Source: Vicugna vicugna
Taxonomy: Eukaryota
DNA length: 64,000 nt
NCBI GenBank assembly: GCA_013265495.1
Contig: MU061804.1
Span: 3,835,368 to 3,899,367, forward strand
Direction: 5' to 3'
The notes beneath the pieces are model-generated. The model was given only the letters and a program-made list of their open reading frames with translations, ran no database searches and was not told the DNA's origin. This document shows positions 23,337 through 36,130 of this stretch, one piece after another (the stretch's first letter is position 1; each line of letters begins with the position of its first letter). A program made the translations under genes and the position numbers.

Positions 23337-24989
23337 GCAATTATACACTTTTCATTTTATGGCCAGTTCTGAGTAAAAGAAAGGACAAGGGAGTAAGGAA
23401 GAATAAAGCAAGAAGAGGAAAAGGGAAGAAAAAGAAGGGCAGAGGGTGTGGCATACGTGGGAGACTGGTCCTTGTCCCTCCTTCTGTCCTGAGCACATGT
23501 CTGGTCCCACTAGGACCTACCCTTCCCAGCTTCCTGGCAGGACCAGTTCTCACCAGTGGGATGACAGTGGAATCAGCATCCGCTTCACCTCCCGAACTGA
23601 ACTGCTGTCCCAGCTTTCTCTTCTCCCCCCTGCACCCCAGAAACGGCTGAGCAAGCGGCAGCTCAGTTTTGGCTCACACGGAGCGGCAGCGGGCAAGGAC
23701 CGGAGCCCCAGCGGGAGCCTGTGGTGCAGGGGCGCCGCGTCACCGGCGAGGCGGGTGTGCGACTGCACCTGGGCCAGAGCCGGACGGTCCCATGTCAGTG
23801 CCGTGTGTGTAGTCCCTCTGTGTCGTGGCACAGAGAGCCGCAGTCTGCGAAGAAGGGAGGGTGAGAGAAGAACTGAGCAACTGTGGGAGAAAGGATGACA
23901 CTGAAGACACGTGATCCATGCGACAGATCCGCCTCCGGGAGGATGCTGGGGAAATTGTCCTGTTTCCCCGAAACTTCTCTCAAGCCTCTCTGACAGTCAT
24001 CTCCTGTAGTGTCTTTCAGCAAAGTCATTGCCAGGGCTTCCACGCTGACCTTGAAAGGGGAGGGTGTCTCAAAAGAGCAAATGTTACCAAATTAGGGGCA
24101 CAGCTGGGGGCCCCAGCCAGCGTCTAGTAACCACCTGGAGTGATTGTCCCGGGGCGTGAGCGCCCGCCTCTGAGTGAGGTCTAGAGGCTGAATGGCCGCG
24201 TCTCACGGCTGCGGGAAGGGGGGCCCCGTGCTGACGGGGCATTTGACGAGGTAACTTCCGAGGTCTCGTCCAGCATTGACAGTCTGCGGGCAAGGGTTAA
24301 GTCAGGAAAGCTGAGCCACTGCTTCTGTGCTGCGCCAGTTGTCTGCAGTTTGCGTCGCCGGGCACTTGGGCAGTGGGCTTTAGGAGCTGATCGGTTCTTA
24401 GACCTGCTCTTTGCAGTTCCCCCAAACCTGCTTCTCCTTTCTCGGGGGTTAGTCAGGAGCTCCCCGTGCACTGCCTGTAATCAAACCCTGGTTTCGTGGC
24501 TTTGTCTTCCTTGGAGATGTCAGGTGTGCCACTTGACAGCTCCAGGCAAGCCCGCTGCCTGCGCGGTTGGCCTTTAGGCTTGCTGGGAGGGCCTCGGTGA
24601 TGAGAACGCGTCTCTTACCGACAGAAGCGCAGGTGCCTGAAACTCAGCGACTCCTGCTCTCCCCTCTGTAGTCCCCTCAGTCCTTTCTGAGCCGTTCTGT
24701 CTAAAACTGCAATCATCCACTGACAGGTAACAAATTAAATGTGCATACAAGAAGCACAGAGAAAGGGGAGATGTTGACAGAGGAAGTTGGCTCTGAAAAA
24801 AAAACTGCTTTTTTCGCGGCTCTCCTTCACACAACCTCTTTGCGTCTGCTGCTGATGTAAGAGAGAAACGCAAGGTGGATGTGCCTTCCAAGTCCCTTCG
24901 TGTTCCAGACCCACACCTGACCCAGGGCTGACAGTGACTTACGGCCAAGAGGGCCAGCTGGCCGCCTGGCTTGGCCGACCTCCCTCTCC

Positions 24990-25360
24990 GAGCCTAGAGC
25001 AGCCCTGGGCCCCGCGATCCCACACGTAATCTTGTGCCGCTCGGGGCTCGAACAGTTGGCCAGGCCGGCGCCCGCGTCTGTGCGGGTCATCTGAGGAGAA
25101 GGGGCGCTTGGGCGGGCCTGAGGGTGACAGGAGAGCCGGGCTGGAGGGGGCGGGCAGAGAGGCAGAGCCCGAGTGACGCGCGGTGACAGAAGGCCACCAG
25201 ACAACTGGCAGAAGGTGAGCAAGGGAGGCTGACTGGAGAGTAAAAGAGGAGGACGGAAAACAAGCCCGAGCACTTGGCCGTCGTGCCGGGGCCTCCGCGC
25301 AGAGGACAGGTTTCAAAGTCACAGCGCGGTCACTCACACATGTGCGGGAGGCGCCTGACC
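24990..25360. promoter_or_regulatory. CpG-rich patch
   Basis: dense CpG/GC-box content (ggagggggcgggc, gtgacgcgcgg). Confidence 0.35.
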
Positions 25361-27451
25361 TTCGGCTGGGATGTTTCGGAGTCTCCAGAGTGCAGGGCTT
25401 CCTGACATTAAAGGGGGGTCTGGGTTATTCCCAGCCTCGCGGATCATGTGAAATTCTGGCTTCACGTTAGGTTGCCAGCTCCCTTGGGCAGAGAAGGAGG
25501 CAAGATGTCAGCTCCTGAGAGCCGGGAACACAGCTTGCTTGGAGAGGAAGGGAAGGCGGGAGAGGAGTCAGAACAGAGCCCTCCACCCCAAAGAGGGGAA
25601 TGAGCTGAGGACCTGTCAGCTCCTAGACTGGCCCGCGGGAAGGCGCAGCCGCCGTGAAAGCGAGCCTCAAGGCGGGTGGCGCAGAGAGGGGCGGGGTGCT
25701 AAAGAGGCTGCACTAAACCCCTGGACCTGGCTCCCTGTGGGGCACTCCTCGCTGGCGGGGTCCCTGTGGCTGAGAAGCCTGGCGGCACGCTCGGCCTTCT
25801 CACCAATTCTGTTCACACCTAGTGTCTGACCGCCCGTTTGCCGATGAACGCCTCGAGGGACATTCATGTTGTCCTTGGCAGTCAGCTCAGTGTCTCAAAC
25901 CTGTCCATGCTTCTGGCGGCAGGAGGGCCACTTAGCAGCCCTTCACCGTCAGCGCCCCGCCCTTCCCAGCCCCCTTGCTGCGGGGGGTGCCCTGTGCCTG
26001 CGCCAGTGGGGGACCCGGGGGACCGGGGGCCGGGAAGGATGTGGGCCCCTCCTGGGCTGAAGCAGGGCTGGTGTGTGACCCCAGCTCCCTCTCCCATCGC
26101 AGCCAAAAGGGTGTTTGCTGCAAACGGTGAAGCTGGAAGGGGCTGGAGTCTTTCTCAGATGGCGTGAGGCATTCCTCGTCCGCTGACCCACGTGGGGGAC
26201 GTTGCCCTCGTGACAAAGAACATTTGTTGTTTTTAACGCTTGGGGTTTGGGAGTTCTTTGCTGTGCAGCACGACGTAACTGATCCTGACTGATGAAAATG
26301 CAATAACTCTCAAGAAAATTCCGTGAATTTTGCTTATGAATGGATGAAGGAAACAGCTACACTGAATGAGAGCAGGATGTCCACTGATGGAATTTCCTAT
26401 TTGGATTAACCTCTCCACTGTCCTCAGCTTAATTTTTTTCTTTTCTTTTCTTTTCTTTTGCTGTCAAAGTCTTAGTTCTTTCAGTCTGTGCCCATGGGCA
26501 GTTAGCACGCTTACGTCTTCCCTAATTATACTGTAAGGAACTTCAGGGAAAGAGCGAGACGCTGGACACAATAAACTCCATGAAACTGCACTGCCCCCCC
26601 GCCACGCTTCAGGCACTGCCCTGGAGCCAGGAGCACAAAGCCGCATAATCACATCTGCTGCCCGTGGAAGGGTCCCATTCTAGTTGGGGAGGTAGAGAAA
26701 CAGCCAGTGACATTATAGTCAGTGTTTTAAGAAATGCTAAGACCAGACCGTCGCTGCTGCCAACAGCAGGGGCAAGAGCACCCAGTTCAGGCTGGAGGGT
26801 TGCACGAGAAAAAGCACAGAGAGGACAGAGAGAGGCCACGTGCAAGAAACTGGAAGTGGTTTAGCACAATCAGAGAACGGGGTGCAGGAGGAGTGTGGCC
26901 TGCCTCAGGTAGACACAGGTGTAGGGTGTGCGGGGACACCTGGAGTCCCCACTAGTCAGAGAGCCGTCAAGGTGTCAGGCATCCTTGTGCGGGTGATGGT
27001 GATGATGATGCTCGCATCATCGGCCGTGATCAGACTTCAGAAAATGCACACTGACGGCGGCGTGGGGGATGGGCCGAGGGGGACGCAGTGGAGGCGTCCG
27101 AGGGCCGCGGGCTGGGGTGTGGTCCAGGCGGGTGTTGGTGGACCACCCCCTCCCCCAGCCAGCCTCCTGGGGTTTCACAGCAACAGATACAGCTGGCCCA
27201 CCTGCCATCACAGCGTCTCTCTGGAGCTTCCCTCCCAGGCGGCCACGCTGAGTTAGCACGGCAGGAGTCAGCAGCGCATCTGCTGCTGGTATGTCTCTAC
27301 GAGGGCGGCAGAGGTCTCCAAGTGGGGCCTCGGACGGTTCCAAGACTTCTAGGCTGCCTGCTTCATACCAGCCCCTCGAAGACACCCAGTATGTTCTGGT
27401 ATTTTCCAAACTCTTTCTTCTCTCCCTGCTTCTGTCCTCTGTGTGCAAGAT

Positions 27452-27471
27452 AAAAAAAAAAAAAAAAAAAA
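27452..27471. repeat. Poly(A) tract (20 nt)
   Basis: direct reading. Confidence 0.95.
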
Positions 27472-28339
27472 CTGCAGCTCTCTTAACAGAAGGTGGAATT
27501 GCATTACAGATGCAATATTGAGTTTTTCTTGCAAGCATTTTACAAAGGTTTTTAAACCTGTGGCCCCTTGGGAAGATAAAACTGTTTTTTTCTCTTTGTC
27601 TTAGACCAAGGGGACAGCGACTTCTTACAACAAATTGGGTAGTTTTCCATCTTTCCTCTATTTTTACTGCACAGTGAACACAAAAATAAATTCCAGACGG
27701 ATTAAATAATTAAGTCATTGCATTCCTCAGACAAATCTTCTGAACTGGGTTCTTCTTTTAACCTACTTCATGCCCGAATTAGGATCCTGACCGAGCCAGA
27801 GGATTCTGTTGTAGAACCAGTGAAGTTCGGGGAGCAGATGGGGTGCAGAGAGCAGAGAATAAGTGCCATGGGGTCTGGACTTGCGCACAGCTTCGGGAAG
27901 CGTTTCAGGGCGGGAAACAGCATTAGTAGTGATGGGACCAGCCCAGACCCCCTCCATGTGTGCACACATGTGGGTCTGTCTAGTGCGGCTCAGGGATGCA
28001 GGAAGTAGTCCTTGCCTGCTTCGCAAATGTGCCTGTAGGAGAGAACTCCAGGATAGGAGGGGCTGTGTTTCCCCCAGTCCCTCTGGTCAACCCTGGGGCC
28101 AGATCTAGAACGGGCCTGAGACACCTTCCCTCTTTTTCCCCAAGACAGCAAATGTAACTGGTTCCAGAGTCCAGTTTGGCAAACTCCCTGCTTTGCCCAG
28201 CATGACGCCCTGGCAGCCGGGCTCTGCTCTGCAGCCCTTGCCAGGGAGAGACACAGATCAAGCCCTTTGGAGAGGGAGGGCTTGGGGCCAAGGCATTTAC
28301 GCCCCCTGAGGCTCCCTTCTGTCAACCCTCCTGTTTTGC

Positions 28340-28870
28340 ACAGCAACACCACCGCTCAGCGCCTGCTGCCGGTGGGCACGGCCTCCTGAATTTGACAGTG
28401 GGGGGCGCCACTCCGTTGGTTTTCGTGAAGGCTGGAGGCTGCGGCCTGTGGCGTCCGGGGAGATGCTGATGCTGCAGGGCCGGAGGGAGGCAGGAGGTGG
28501 AGTGTTGTTTGCAGTTTCTACCAGAAGCCCAGTCAGCAGGTGCATAGCTCAGCCAGCAGCAGCGTGGGCATGAGGACCAGCGAGAGGCGGAAGGGGGACT
28601 GGGGCCGCTCACCAGTAACGGCCACGGACACCGGTGAGCCGCCCGCATCTTCCCAAGCACTTCCGCGTTTGCATCTAATCGTGTCCGCCTAGCAACCCCG
28701 GGAGACCGGCCAGCGAGGTGGGCATCATGCATCTTGTTTAGAGATGTGGGCGAGACTCAGAGAAGCCTCGGTGGGATGAGCAGTCGAGCTGGGAGGAGCC
28801 GAACGCTGAGCTCCTGACTCAGAGTTTCACGCTCCGTGACGCGAGGCTTCTGCAAGCACAGCTCTCCCTT
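28340..28870. promoter_or_regulatory. CpG-rich putative regulatory element
   Basis: CACTTCCGC (ETS) 28658-28666, GTTTGCAT (octamer-like) 28667-28674, CTAATC 28675-28680; CTCF-like acagtggggggcgc near 28395. Confidence 0.4.
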
Positions 28871-29705
28871 GTTCCTTCCACTCTTCCCCGCGCAGCCTCC
28901 TGCTTTCCTGAGACGCACACTCCCCTCCCCATGCACCCCCCCACCCCCCACCCAGGATGCAGGGCTCTCATGGCTCTTCTGTCCCTTCCCTGTACATACC
29001 AGCTCCCAGGACCCACTAGACGTTAGTCACACTCAGCTGGGGATGGTTTGGCGCGGCTCGCCTGCTCAGAAGGATTTCCAGTGTAACCGGCAGAGGCTTT
29101 CCAGTTCAGAGTCTATGCTTTTGCTTGGCCTTCTGGTCCTCCCAGACCATACCCAGGTTTGCTGCTTCCCTGCCAGCCTAAGGCTGCCCCAGAGGCTGGT
29201 CACAAGGACAGAAGGCCATTGGGGAACAGCTCCTTTCCTGCGCCCCCAGGGGTCAGACAAGGGGTGGAGCTTACACAGGGAAAAAGAAGTTCTCATTGCC
29301 ACGCAAACTGGCCAGGACCTAGGAGGGGTTGTCCATTCCTCCCTGGTTGCTGGGACACTTCTGGAAGCTTCAACTGGGGCCTAAATGCAGAAGTCCAGTC
29401 TAGGGGTACAGCATGCAGGCTCCACCCTCTCTTCTTGCCTCAAAAGCCAGTTTCCAGAGACAGCGTGCCCAGGACCCATGCCAGATTGGCAGGAGTGCCT
29501 CTTCCCTGGGGCCAAGCTCACCCCTGCAGGGTGGCCACGCTCCCCTCCAGCCCAGGCCCTGCCCACACCCCTCATTCCCTGCCCAGGGCTCCCCAGCCCG
29601 GGAGATCAGGGAGGCTGTGGTCCAGGCTGCCCAGGGCACTTGCCTAGCCTGGGTGGTGAAGGTGAGTTGCTTTTTAGCAAGCTGCCCCCTCTGGTTTTAT
29701 GCCAT

Positions 29706-29876
29706 GTTTTTATTTATTTTTTAAAAATATTTTATTTTTATTTTTATTTGTTATTTTTTGACAAGGGGAAGGTAATTTGGTTTATTTATTTTCAAGGGAG
29801 GTGCCAGGGCTTGACCCAGGACCTCGTGCATGCTAAGCATGTGCTCTCCCACTTGAGCTATGCCACCCTCCACCTG
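29706..29876 (-). mobile_element. Vic-1-type camelid tRNA-derived SINE
   Basis: minus strand reads gagggtggcatagctcaagtgggagagcacatgcttagcatgcacgaggtcctgggtcaagccctggcacctcc...aataaataaaccaaattaccttcccc + A-rich tail; flanked by a 14-bp TSD. Confidence 0.9.
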
Positions 29877-30664
29877 ATGCCACATTTTTAAACGTGTGGA
29901 CTTCAGCTTCTCATCAAAAGGCGCTGAACGTGAGAGGAAGGACAAACACCCGACAGACCTCGGCGGTGGCCCAGCGGTGGGCGAGGGGCTGACTCTGGCC
30001 CTGCCAGGCTGTGGGCTGTCCTGCTGAAGAGGGGAGGGGCGGCCAGAGCCCCAGCATATTCCGGGCAGCAACCTGCAGATGCCTCGGTGTTTTCCAAATG
30101 CGGGCTCCATGGAGGGCTGGCATTGTGTGATGTGAGGCTATTTATTAGACGCTTGTGTTATGGGCCAGTCATTTCCTGTTCCAAAATAACAGAGTTGGCT
30201 TGACCCAGGGCTCAGGACGGAAGCCAGAAAAAAGTGAACAAGACCTGGACGGGGCCAGCAGCAGAGGACCCAGGATGGGGACTGAGGGGTCCTCTAGGGC
30301 CACCCCAAATTTCTAGCTTTTGCTTTCCTCAAACCTTCCCCCACCTCATCTCTACTCTCATTTCCGGAGCTTCTACTCAAGAGAGTAGAGTAAACTCTAT
30401 CCGATTTGAACAACAACTATTTCCTTCCCCCGTTATCCTGGGGCCAAGTCTGCACTTGAGTGAGTTTGGACAGAGAAGCATAACCTGCCTGGCAGGTCCT
30501 GGCTTAGCTGTCACCATGGCAACCCTTCCTGGTTCTTATCAGGGATTCCACCTGCTGGGTGAAAGGAGCCTTAAGAAGAAGTTTAAGGGGAAAGGTAACC
30601 GCCATGCTATGGCACTTTGCGGTCTGCAAAGCCCTGTCGTGTATTTTATCCTAGAGGCTGGTCG

Positions 30665-30755
30665 GGACAAGGTCTTATTTCAACTTGGAGAGGAGGAAAT
30701 GGAGGCTCAGAGAGGCTGAATGAGCTGCCCTTAATCACACAGCCAGGAGGAGCCC
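30665..30755 (-). mobile_element. MIR core
   Basis: gagaggaggaaatggaggctcagagaggctgaatgagctgcccttaatcacacagc. Confidence 0.8.
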
Positions 30756-30969
30756 ACCCGCTGCAGGGCAGGTGGAAGGCTCCGAAACCGGGCCCTATGG
30801 AGGAGCGTCACATGTGCATGGGGTGCGAGGAGCCGTGCAGGCAGGGAGAGGCGGGCGGCCTGGGCACACGGCCCTCGTGCAGTTTCTCCTGCGGCTGATC
30901 AAGGTCATTTGAACTTAGCCTTGAGTCTGGGTATGAATCCTGTTTTGTTTGTGCATAAATTAAACTACT

Positions 30970-31100
30970 GTATGTGGTTGAGACAGAAGAGCCAGGACCA
31001 CGAGTCAGGAAGCCTGGATTCAGGGGGGAGGGCTCTGCCCACAGTCTGCCTTGCGACATGGGTAAGTTCCTGGGGACCCCGTTGCCTCCACTGGAGCTGG
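30970..31100 (+). mobile_element. MIR 5' fragment
   Basis: gtggttgagacag...gagtcaggaagcctggattc...gcgacatgggtaagttcc. Confidence 0.55.
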
Positions 31101-34100
31101 AGGGGTCGGGATGGTCCCGAGGCCCGTGCCCTCTGACTGCGGACCTCGGAGCTCCCAGTTGCGGGAAGAGACGTTGGGAGCAGGCCCTGGCTCATCACCT
31201 CTCTAGGGGACAGAGAGAAGCAGCCACTGGGGCTCCTCGGTTGCTTTGATACCAAAGCCCCGGCCAGGAGGAGACAACCGGAGAGCTGGAAATAGCCCCG
31301 TGGGTCTCGAGGGATCAGGGGACGCCCCCGCAGGATCTCTAAATCGAGCAGCTGTGGGAGGTAGAGCCTCACGCCGGCTGGCAGGATGAGGCCGTGGGGC
31401 TGAAGGTCGGGGAGGCCCTGTTCATTGATGGGGAGGGTCCTAATCTCCTGCGTTTGTCCCCTGCCTTCTTCTCACCCTCTCTCCTTTGATCTGCAGGTCA
31501 CCGGCCCCAGCGGGGAGGAGGCTGGTGACTTTCCATAGTCCCTTGTGAAGTGACTGCAGGGGAAACATCATAGATGGGAGATGCTGATGGTGATGGTGAC
31601 CCACTGACCCGGCCAGGATCACCTCCTCCCCCTGACACACCTGCACACACGCACACATTGCACGAGACTCAGAAAATGGCTCCTCCTTACTCCTCCCAGA
31701 TCTCAGTTGCCTCTCAGGTGGGGGAACCGCGTGAGCATTCCGGCCTGGGAGGACCCCCATGCCTCGCAGCCCAGGGGAGAAGGAAACGGAGACCCATCTG
31801 AAGACTTAGTAACGGCGGCGAGTGGGGACTCACACGCTCCTGCTTGCCGGCCGTGGAGCGCGGGGGAAACCCCACCGGCGGGTCAGTGTGTTCAGGACTT
31901 TTGAGGAGTTTGCTCCGGGATCAGGGAGGACCAACCAGCCCCCGCCCTGTCTTCTTGTTTTTCCCTCCCCCTCCTCCGAGCCCGCCCCCGACTCGCCCAG
32001 CAGTACACTCTGTCCTCTGCAGGACCAGGACGTCCTCCCTCACAGTGGTCCTCTCCGCCCTCTTTCCTCGCCTCTGGACAATCCCATCCTGGGAGAAGGC
32101 GGAGTGGACCGGAGGATCTGCTTACCCCCAGAAGGAGAGCGCAGGGAAGCCCCTCGTGTGCTGGCTGTTTTTCTAGAGGAGGCGGGGAGGTCAGCTGGGT
32201 CGGTCTGCAAGGGGCGATGATAAAGCCTGTCCTGGAAGTGTCGTGGGAAGAAGAAAACCACATTCACAGTGAGCCTTCCAGGGAAAGCAGAGTAAGCTGC
32301 AAAGCGTCTCTTCTAAGTCTCGGGGGTAAGAATTACCGGACATCTCCCAGCAGCAGCCGCTTTCTAAGGAGGGTTTGTCCTGTTCCCGATGTTTAACACT
32401 CTTTTTCACTGTTTCTCATCTCATCTTGGTCATCCTCCCTCCTCCTGTCAACACGGAGCCAAGTCACCGAGTCACAGCCTCAGGGCAAACAGTACCTTTG
32501 CTCAGTGAGAGTGTCCGGCCAGACCCCAGCCAAATGCTTTTTGGAGGGTTAGTGTCAACCGACCCAAGCAGAGAGGGATGGACCAGACCCTCCGGCAGTC
32601 TCCCGTCTTGCGAGGCTCTGGTACCACTGGCTGGGGCTGGAGGATAGCTCAGGGCACTGGAGGAGGGCTGACCTGCCATCAGGGGTCCCCTTTCTCTGCC
32701 CTCTGCTGCCCCACGGCACACAGCACTGCCCTGAGTGAAGCTTGAACAAATGAAGAGGAAGAGCGCCCCTGACCAGCCTGCCTGGGGAGCTGGTCCCGGC
32801 ACAGCCTTGGTGTGTGTGGGATGGGGTGGAGACGAGCATAGCACGTCAGGTGGGGCTGGAGCGCCCTCAGAGACTCCACGGGAGTCACAGGGTGAAAAAC
32901 GGCTTGGTGTCCGATCCAAATCCAGAGCCCCACAGAGAATGGCTACTCTCAGTGAAAGTGTCTTCAAGTGTTTTGTCTCCAGGTACTTCCCAACCAGAAG
33001 GGGTCATAGCGGGAGGGACGCAGTCAGTTGACCTGGAGCCCGGTGACAGGGGCCCCTGTCCTCTGTCAGGAGCCAGGCCTGGTTGGGCTACCCATCTCTG
33101 AAACTCTACCTCAGATAAATGTGTCAGCTCGGGCGTCAACATCATCAGCAGGAACTCACAGTTGAAGAAACGTGACTGTCAGTCTCCTGGAACAGGGTGA
33201 AGAATTTTTATAGTTCACATCCCTCTAGGGTAGCATCAACCCAGGAAGGCTTCTCAGAAGAGGGGGCCTTCAGACCTGATTTAATATGTCACCATGTTGG
33301 AAGTGGGAAGGTGGGTGTAGGATCCAGGGGGTGGAGGGTGAAGGGGAAGCTCAATGATAAAAGGACAGAGAGGAGATGCGGACGGGGAAGTCTTAGGACC
33401 AGTGGGGAGGGTCGTGTTCTCAGGGGCAGACCCTGAGAGCGGAGAGGTTGAGGACATGTTCTGTGCAAGAGAAGGTGCGTCAGAGAACGTCTCTTTGAAA
33501 ATGGGGGCCTGAAAGAAGGGCCGAGACGTTGGCTCTGTGTGGGTGAGCAGAGCTGAGTTCACTGTGCCTGCTACAGCACCACAGTTCTCCAGGCCAGTCT
33601 CATGGTCTTCCTTGGACCAGCCTTTTGTTCTCACCTCACTGACGTGGAGGCGGCATTTCCTGTTCTGAAGTTGTCCCCAGACCTGAAGGTCATTTTTAGC
33701 CCAGGTCCTCTTCTTCGAGCGGATTTAAACAGAATCTGAGGGCGTTCTTGGCCAGAACCAGGCTCCTCCAACCCTCACCACCACTCTCTCTTCCTTCCCA
33801 CTTGGGTGGGGTTGACCAGCTGGCCCCATGTCAGCAGAGGATGTGGCTCACTGAGAGTGGGGGGACCTCCTGCTGGCCCCCCACACCTGGCAGCTGGGCA
33901 GAGCTGAGTGGCACGCCAGGGCCTCCTCCCACACAGGCCTCCTGAAGAGACCCCATCTTGCCACTCTGGGCCCCCAACCTGCTCACCGAACCCCTTGAGG
34001 CTCCCAGACCTTGTTAGGCTGTTTGGCTCTTTGCCTCGGAATAAGCTCACGAGCACGTTGTCAGTCTGACTACCAGGGGAGTGGTCTCTGTGTTTTAATG

Positions 34101-35599
34101 ATCTTCCCCAGATCTCTCTGCCAAGCTCTCCTAACACGCCTTCTCCAAGTGCACCTCTGTGAGGGAGGAGGGCAGATCTTTGTGAAGTAGGCCCCGGTGT
34201 ATGAGAGTCTTGACTGCCTCATTGACACCATAACATGTGTCAGACGGAGTCAGACTCCCGTCCCAGCTCTGCCCTGGACTCCATCAATGGAGCTCAGATC
34301 TCCACTGAGCAAGGAGCAGGACTGAGCTGAGAATGATCTCCAGCTTTTGGGGAATTCACGGAGCTGCAAATCAAGGGGCTGCCGTGCTGGTGACAGAGCT
34401 CAGCCAGCAGATCCTTAAGCATAAAACCCACAGTTCCCCCGTCTGCCCGAGGCAGACACATCCCCCATTCCTTTGATGGAGGTGAGAGAGCGAAGTCCAG
34501 CCGGAGAGGCAGAGAGGCTCCTTTACAGTGTTCCCTTTATCCTTCCTCGGCCTCCCTGTTTATCCTCCCTTCCCCCACCAAGAAGCGGCCTGACATAAAA
34601 CCAGAATCTCAGGGCAAACTGCAGCTCTGCTCATCAAGGGTGTCCTGCCAGACTCCAGCGTAGTGGTCTCAGGACAGTTGGTACCAACCACCCTGAGCAG
34701 CGAGGGATGGAGCAGACTTGCCGCAGACTCTGCTCCTGTCTTGCCCGTTGTTTCTGTTGATTAAGGAGCATCATTCCAGCCTCGGGAGGTGCCTCTGCCA
34801 ACCGCCCAGCATGAACAACCTGAGCTCCGCCCTCCCTTTGCTCCCTGCACCTCCCAACAACCACTGGCCTTGTCAGGCATGCTGAGCAGAGCCTCAGGAG
34901 TTGCCAAATGGCCTTGGCCCTGGGCCACCAATGCTCCCCGATGCAGGGGAGATGGGATTCGCAAATGCACTGAACTCAGGAGAGGAAGAGGGCTGGTCTC
35001 CTTACAGTTTTAGCGTGCCCCAAAGTAGGCTCATGAATTGCATTTTCACGAGACATTTGGGAAACCGAGTCCAGGCACTCCGCTCATGAATGAGCCGTGC
35101 AGCAGACTCATCTATAGGCTAACGCAACCTTGTAGGTTTCCTGGGGCAGGATCTGTGTCTGCGAACAGGGAAGCGGCCGTCACTGTCTCTGGTACTGCAG
35201 ATGGGCTGGTGACTCCTGAGCAAGCCACCGTGAATTACCAGTCTCATGATGGCTGGCCCAAGATAGCCTCCCCAAACTGTCTTCTTCCATGTCTGTGAGG
35301 GTGGGATGGAGGGGAAAGAGGTGGGGCTGGACACATTTGTGGATTCTCAGTCAGTCCGATGACGCCTCCAGCTCTAGGCTCTGATATGACTGTGGACAAG
35401 CTGTCGGAGGAGATAATTCCCTGGGCCTTTGGGAGAACACATTCCTCCTGGGAGCAGCCAGTAAAGGGTGCCGAGCTTGAATAAAGGCTAAACGGGCCTT
35501 AGAGAAAGGGGCTCCTCCTGCCCTCTCTCTCCTGCTCAGCCTCAGTGAGCGCCAGTGAACTCAGTTCAGAGGTTGGGAATCAAGTGTATCTCAGCAATA

Positions 35600-35915
35600 A
35601 AAGAGATAGAGAACAAAATACCGATATGTGCAACCACACAGATTAATCTCCAAAACATTGTGTTAAGGGCGAGGAACTAGACACAAAGTTCAGATGATCT
35701 CTTTGATGCAGAGTTCAAGAACAGACAGAACTAATCCGTGGCGACAGAAATCAGACCGGCGGAGCAGGGATTACGCGGAAGGAGGCAAGAGGAAGCTCTG
35801 TGGACTGATGGGCAGGTTCTTTGTGTTAGTCTGGGTGGTCTTGACGTGAGTGCCTTGAGCTGTACACTTGACGTCTGTACAGCATAATGTGTGTTGACTG
35901 TTAGTATTAAAATGG
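35600..35915 (+). mobile_element. L1MD/ME-like 3' end
   Basis: gattaatctccaaaacattgtgttaag...agttcaagaacagacagaactaatcc...gagctgtacacttgacg follows the old L1M 3' UTR. Confidence 0.8.
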
Positions 35916-35949
35916 AAAAAGAGGATGAGGTCAGGAAACGCAGCCTCCA

Positions 35950-36130
35950 GTCTCAGGAGTCCCCGGCTGCCCGTGCGGCCGTCGCCGCCTCGGGCGGGTG
36001 GCCGTGCTGGGTCCCGCCACACTCGGCGGGCCGGGGGCGCCCCCCACCTCACACACCTCTGCCGCCTCCAGGTACCCGGCAGGTCCACAAGGAGGTGGCT
36101 GTGTTCACTATCATGCCGGCCTACGTGGTT
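35950..36130. promoter_or_regulatory. Short CpG-dense patch
   Basis: ccgtgcggccgtcgccgcctcgggcgggtggccg...ggcgggccgggggcgcccc. Confidence 0.35.
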
